A stretch of DNA of 64,000 nucleotides, from the NCBI GenBank assembly GCA_963755025.1, contig CAVWIH010000034.1:96001-160000 (forward strand), given 5' to 3'. The number at the start of each line of letters is the position of its first letter. The stretch's first letter is position 1. Below, piece after piece: positions 59,233 through 64,000 of this stretch. Origin of the DNA: an uncultured Actinomycetes bacterium (GTDB lineage Bacteria; Actinomycetota; Thermoleophilia; UBA2241). The position numbers and the translations under genes are program-made. The notes beneath the pieces were generated by a model. That model was not told the origin of the DNA, made no database searches, and saw only the letters and a program-made list of their open reading frames with translations.

Positions 59233-62200
59233 CTACTTCACGGTCAGCCGGTTGCTCGCCGCCCTGGTCTGCACGTTGCCGGCGGCGTCGGTGGCGTACA
59301 CCCAGAAGCGGTAGGCGCCGCGTGCCAGCTCGCAGCGGAAGCTGCAGATGAGGTTCTTGTTGACGCTCCGCGAGCCCCTGGTGGTCGCCCAGACCTGGCG
59401 CCCGCGGGCGTTCACGATCACGATCTTCACCGTCGCCGTCGGGCTGCCGGGGGTCGGGTCGGCGATCTCGTACCTGAGACCGCAGTAACCGCCCCGCCTC
59501 ACGGTGGCGGCGTACCGCGCCTTGGGCGTCGGCCGGCGCGTGTCGAGCTTGACCACGAACGAGCCGACGGTGGCGTTGCCGAACACGTCGCGCGAGCGCA
59601 CGCCGTAGGTCGAGACGCCCTGGCTGGTCACTTTGATGGGGGCTCCATAGGCGCGCCACAGGGCGTTCGCTGCCACGCGATACTCGGTGGCGCTCACCGA
59701 CGTGTCGTCGTGAGCGCTCAGCGTCACGCTCGGCGCCACGTGCACCCAGCCCGTCGGCACACCGCTCGTCCCCAGCGTCGGGTCCGAGGTGTCGCGCACC
59801 GTGAGCGTCACGGTGGTGGCGCCCGATAGCCAGCCGCTCAGGCCCAGGGCCTGATAGGTGAACTGGTCGGTGCCCACAAAGCCGGGGGTCGGCGCATAGG
59901 TGAAGGAGCCGTCGGCGTTGACGACGACGACGCCGTGGGCGGGTTGTGTGTTCGACCCGACGGTCAGCGCGCCGCCTTCGGGCGAACAGTCGTTGATCAG
60001 CAGGCCGCGCGAGGCGTCGACCACGAGCGGCACGTCGCGGTCGGTGACGTACGGCGAGTAGATCTCGACTCGCCCCGCGACACCGTTTGAGCGCAGCTCG
60101 CCTGGCGCCCCGACGAACAAGTCGCGCCCGGCGAGGGCCACGGCGTCGCCGTAGTAGGAGGCGGGCGTCGCGGCGGCGGGCTCCATGTCTGTGTCCTGGT
60201 ACCACACGCCGTCTTCAAGGCGGAACAGATAGGCGGACCCGCTTCGCGTGCCGGTCACCGTGATGCCCCTGTCGGGGGCGCCGACCAGCGCCTCGTCGCC
60301 CTGCAGGGCGAGCGACGCGCCGAACTGGTCGTCGGGCTGCCCGTCGGCCGCGGCGAGCCTGGCCGTTTGCGACCAGCCCGACGACGACTTCTGGAAGACG
60401 AAGGCCGCGCCCGTGTCGCCGAACTGACCCGGGTCGCCGACCAGCGCCGTGTCGCCCTGCAGGGCCAGCGCCGCGCCGTAGAGGGTCGTCGGGCCCGGAT
60501 CGCCGGCGACGAGCTGGCCGGTCTGCTGCCAGGTCGTGCCGGACCGCTCGAAGACGGCCACCGAGCCGTCCGTGCCGTCCGTGCCGCCGCGGCTCACCAG
60601 GGCGCGATCGCCGTCGAGCGCGACGTGCAGGCCGAAGGCGGCCCCGCTGCCCGTTCCCGGCGTGATCTTGGCCTGCTGCGACCAGGAGCCGTCGGCCTGG
60701 TGTACGAACACGTAGGCGGCGCCGGCTCTGGAGGACGTGTCTGAGTAGGCGTACGGTGCGCCGACGAGAAGGGTGTCGCCGCTGAGGGCGACGCTGTCGC
60801 CGAAGCCGCCGCCGTGGTCGCCGTCGTCGGGCCCAAGGTTGGCCTCGAGCGTCCAGACGCCGGCGATGCGCCGATAGACGTAGGCTCTACCCACGCCCGG
60901 GTCGTCGGCGGCGAGGCCACCCGCGACCGTGGCCACGGCGACGTCGCCGTCGACCGCGACCGCGTCGCCGGGCACGTCGAGCAGCTGGAGCTGCGCCCAG
61001 CCGGCGTCGCCGAGGCCGTAGACATAGGTGCCGCTCTGCGAGCCGGCGCCGTGGCCGCCGATCAGCGTGGTCGCGCCGTCGCTGGCGATGGCGGCCGCCT
61101 TGATGCCGAGGTGCACCGAGGGCACGGTCGTCGAGCCGTCGGGCAGGGCGCCCGTGTCGGGCGCCACGCCACGCACCGGCGTGACGTAGATGGTGGGCGT
61201 CGACTTGGAGGCGGCCGCGGTCAGCACGATCTTCGTCGCCTTGGCGAGCGTCGCCGCGTTGTCGAAGAACACGGGGAAGTAGGTGTCGCCGGGGTCGTTC
61301 ACACCCAGGTAGTAGGTGCCGTAGTCGAGGTACTTGAACAGATAGCCGTAGCTGACGGAGCCGCCCTCGTCGTTCAGGCCGTCGGAGGTGGCGAGCGGCT
61401 CGCCCCACGAGTCGTACAGGGTCACATCGACGTCACTCAGCTGGCCGTAGGGCTCGAGCGAGCTGTCGACCTGCGCGAGGATGCCGCCCCACGGCACGAG
61501 CTGCACGTTCGCGGTGACGGTGGCCGTGTCGATGCCGTCGAGGTGGATCGGCGTCGCCGCATCGAGCGTGGCGGCGCCGCCGGAGAACTGATCGTGGTAC
61601 ACGGGCAGCGCGTTGGGGTCGACGGTGCTTTGGTCGTGGTAGCCGATGCGGTAGTCGCCCGGCTGCAGGTCGGTGAACAAGTAGGCGCCGTTGCTCGGCG
61701 TGGTCTGCGTCGAGACGACGTTGTCGCCCTGGTCGTAGAGCGTCACGGCGATCTCTTTGACCGGCCCGTTCGCGTCGGTGACGACGCCGCCCACGCGGCA
61801 GCGTTTGTAGAGGCTCGAGTCGAGCGTCAGGGTCTGACCCGGGGCGAGGGGCACCCTGGTGGCGTCGGTCGCCGTGAACTTGCCGTTGTAGTACTGGGGC
61901 AGGTACGTGCCGAAGTAGTCAGTGGCGTCGAACTCGACCAGAAAGCTCGTGGCGCGCGACACGTGCAGCCCCGGAAAGTCGTAGTCGCCGCTCGCATCGC
62001 TCACCGTCTGGACGCCGTAGTTGGTAGAGGTGACGCAGCTGAGCCAGACGGGGATGCCGCCCACCGGATCGCCCTTGGCGTCGAGCGTGCGCCCTTTGAT
62101 CTCGCCGGGCGACTGGTTGTACAGGTGGGTCTCGCAGTAGTAAAGCCCGCCCAGCGTGGGCGTGACGGTCACCGCCTGAGCGAACGTGGGCGCGCCCGTC

Positions 62201-63165
62201 GACAGCGTGTTGTAGTACTGGTCGGCGAACTCGCCGCTCGGGTCGTGCTGGCAGAACTTGACCTGCTGGCCGAGCAGATCGCTCAAGTCGATCACGCAGG
62301 TGCCGTCGGCGTCCGTCGTCGCCGACCTGATCACGTGCCCGTCACTCGCCGAGAGCACTTGTATCTCGATGCCCGGCAGCCAGGCGCCGTCGATGTCCTG
62401 GGCCCAGGCGGTCAGGGTGACCGGCTCGCGGGTGAGCGTCGCGTCGACGCCGGTCTTCACGTCGCCGTCGTTCACGGCCATGAAGGTCGCGTCCGACCCG
62501 GAGGCCGCGTTCGGATAGTAGACCTCGTCGTAGCTGCCGGCGCAGTAATACCGGAGGGCGTACGTGCCCGGCGGCACCGTCAGGTCGTAGGTGCCGTCGC
62601 TCGCGGTGGTGGTGTAGTAGTCGCTCGCTACCAGGCCGTCGTCGCCGAGGGTGCAGGCGGTGACCTGGACCGTGCTCACCGGGTCGCCCGTGGTGCCGTC
62701 GAAGACGGTGCCCTGAAAGTGCGCCTGGGGTGAGCGCTGCATGACAAAGTCGACGCCGTCCACGTTGGTGTCGCCTACGGTGATCGTGTCGGCCGAGGCG
62801 AAGTCGGGCTCGTCGTTGTAGTACTGGGTCACGTGAAAGTCCGCTATGCAGCTGAGCTTGCAGTCGCCGGGGCCCATGGCCATGGCGTAGGCGCCGGTGT
62901 CGTCGGTGTAGACGTAGCCGCCCCAGACGCCGTTCGAGTCCTGAGCATGGACCGTCGCCCAGGCGATGGGGTCGCCCGTGACGGCGTCGGTCACGCGGCC
63001 CGAAACGAGTCCGGCGAGGGCGCTGCTCGGGCCGACGAGCGCCGCCAGCGCGAGCGTCGCGAACAGCGCGAGAGTCAGCAGCAGCCGCAGGTGGCGCCGG
63101 TCGGGACCGGGAGGCAGTGACCGCCTGAGATGCCGGTCGAGAACGCGCGTGCGCCGATCAGACAT
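59233..63165 (-). CDS. large secreted surface protein: carboxypeptidase-regulatory/CnaB-like repeats, FG-GAP repeats, Ig-like domains
   Basis: Signal peptide, repeated (S/Q)GxVxD...QYY units, FGxSVALxGD..VGAP..GxAYVF repeats, PAHG..NADGSFTYAP..GTDQFTY. Confidence 0.85.
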   Translation of the reverse strand: MSDRRTRVLDRHLRRSLPPGPDRRHLRLLLTLALFATLALAALVGPSSALAGLVSGRVTDAVTGDPIAWATVHAQDSNGVWGGYVYTDDTGAYAMAMGPGDCKLSCIADFHVTQYYNDEPDFASADTITVGDTNVDGVDFVMQRSPQAHFQGTVFDGTTGDPVSTVQVTACTLGDDGLVASDYYTTTASDGTYDLTVPPGTYALRYYCAGSYDEVYYPNAASGSDATFMAVNDGDVKTGVDATLTREPVTLTAWAQDIDGAWLPGIEIQVLSASDGHVIRSATTDADGTCVIDLSDLLGQQVKFCQHDPSGEFADQYYNTLSTGAPTFAQAVTVTPTLGGLYYCETHLYNQSPGEIKGRTLDAKGDPVGGIPVWLSCVTSTNYGVQTVSDASGDYDFPGLHVSRATSFLVEFDATDYFGTYLPQYYNGKFTATDATRVPLAPGQTLTLDSSLYKRCRVGGVVTDANGPVKEIAVTLYDQGDNVVSTQTTPSNGAYLFTDLQPGDYRIGYHDQSTVDPNALPVYHDQFSGGAATLDAATPIHLDGIDTATVTANVQLVPWGGILAQVDSSLEPYGQLSDVDVTLYDSWGEPLATSDGLNDEGGSVSYGYLFKYLDYGTYYLGVNDPGDTYFPVFFDNAATLAKATKIVLTAAASKSTPTIYVTPVRGVAPDTGALPDGSTTVPSVHLGIKAAAIASDGATTLIGGHGAGSQSGTYVYGLGDAGWAQLQLLDVPGDAVAVDGDVAVATVAGGLAADDPGVGRAYVYRRIAGVWTLEANLGPDDGDHGGGFGDSVALSGDTLLVGAPYAYSDTSSRAGAAYVFVHQADGSWSQQAKITPGTGSGAAFGLHVALDGDRALVSRGGTDGTDGSVAVFERSGTTWQQTGQLVAGDPGPTTLYGAALALQGDTALVGDPGQFGDTGAAFVFQKSSSGWSQTARLAAADGQPDDQFGASLALQGDEALVGAPDRGITVTGTRSGSAYLFRLEDGVWYQDTDMEPAAATPASYYGDAVALAGRDLFVGAPGELRSNGVAGRVEIYSPYVTDRDVPLVVDASRGLLINDCSPEGGALTVGSNTQPAHGVVVVNADGSFTYAPTPGFVGTDQFTYQALGLSGWLSGATTVTLTVRDTSDPTLGTSGVPTGWVHVAPSVTLSAHDDTSVSATEYRVAANALWRAYGAPIKVTSQGVSTYGVRSRDVFGNATVGSFVVKLDTRRPTPKARYAATVRRGGYCGLRYEIADPTPGSPTATVKIVIVNARGRQVWATTRGSRSVNKNLICSFRCELARGAYRFWVYATDAAGNVQTRAASNRLTVK

Positions 63166-63406
63166 GCCAACCCCCCGGTGTGCGTCAAACCCAGAACCTG
63201 ACTAGATTCAGCCATACTAGTACGTCGAGAAGCGCGCCGCCGCCTCGCTGCACGGACTCGCTTTGAGATATCGGCAGTTGGCGCCGGTCTTGCGACTTTC
63301 TCGCGGCGCGTGCCGGCCCGCTTGCCTTCCGCGCGCGCATCCGGAACTCTTCAGAGGCCTTCGGGCAAGGACAGGGTGAGGATGCAGTCGACCCTGGGAG
63401 GTGGGT

Positions 63407-64000
63407 GTGCAGGATAGCCCCGACAGCGACGCCGACGTCATGCGCGCGTCGATCGCCGACCCGGCGCGGTTCCAGACCCTGTTCGAACGGCATTTCGAGC
63501 TCATCTTCAGGTACGCGGGCCGGCGGCTCGGCCGCCAGGCGGCCGAGGACGTGTCGGCCGAGGTGTTCCTCAAGGCCTTCGAGGCTCGCGGCCGCTACGA
63601 CTTCAGCTACTCCGACGCGCGGCCCTGGCTGTTCGGCATCGCCGCGAACGTCATGCGGCGCTCGCTGCGCACCGAGGGCCGGCGCCTGCGGGCGCTGGCG
63701 CGCGAACCCAGGCGGCCGGCCGGCGCCCTTGACGAGGCGCTTGAGCGCCTCGACTCTCAGGCGACCGACCGGCGGCTCGCCGGCGCCCTCGCCGCCCTGC
63801 GCGCCGACGAGCGAGAGGCGCTGCTCCTGGTGGCCTGGGCCGACCTCACCTACGACGAGGTCGCCCGCGCCCTCGGCATTCCGGTAGGCACCGTGCGCTC
63901 GCGGCTGCACCGGGCTCGCGCGCGGATGGGCAAGGAGCTCGGCGGCAGCGAGCTGGGCGCCGGCGAGCGTGGCGGCCCAGTGGCAGCGGCGCGCCGAAGC
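63407..64000 (+). CDS. ECF RNA polymerase sigma factor (runs off window)
   Basis: Manual translation: LFERHF, AEDVSAEVFL, RPWLFGIAAN, LTYDEVARALGIPVGTVRSRLHRAR. Confidence 0.9.
   Translation, partial: MQDSPDSDADVMRASIADPARFQTLFERHFELIFRYAGRRLGRQAAEDVSAEVFLKAFEARGRYDFSYSDARPWLFGIAANVMRRSLRTEGRRLRALAREPRRPAGALDEALERLDSQATDRRLAGALAALRADEREALLLVAWADLTYDEVARALGIPVGTVRSRLHRARARMGKELGGSELGAGERGGPVAAARRS

Overview
Very GC-rich bacterial DNA. By gene style it is most likely Actinomycetota, possibly Thermoleophilia-like (inference only). About nine single-indel frameshifts look like long-read assembly errors. The core of the window (about 19-40 kb) is an anaerobic methylamine/corrinoid catabolic region. 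It holds a BetI-like TetR regulator, a peptide-family ABC importer, an E. coli ygc-like cluster (SDR, FGGY kinase, FAD oxidase, ETF), a non-pyrrolysine MttB and an Lrp regulator. It also holds a two-gene mtbB-mttB operon in which both genes have an in-frame TAG at the conserved pyrrolysine position. Two corrinoid-protein/UroD-family methyltransferase pairs lie at 50.8-54.8 kb. The four most notable observations are: (1) pyrrolysine genes in a genome where about a third of ordinary genes stop at TAG; (2) an abrupt 110-140 nt zone of atypical synonymous codons and hairpins right after each amber codon, a candidate recoding or anti-polarity element; (3) a free-standing ncRNA of about 135 nt at 10.05-10.21 kb, with its own promoter-like box and terminator, which resembles a miniature 16S rRNA h16-h17-h18 (uS4-binding) junction; (4) a palindromic operator shared by the TetR gene, the ABC importer and the mtbB-mttB operon. 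No pylTSBCD genes, tRNA, full rRNA, CRISPR or mobile element were seen.
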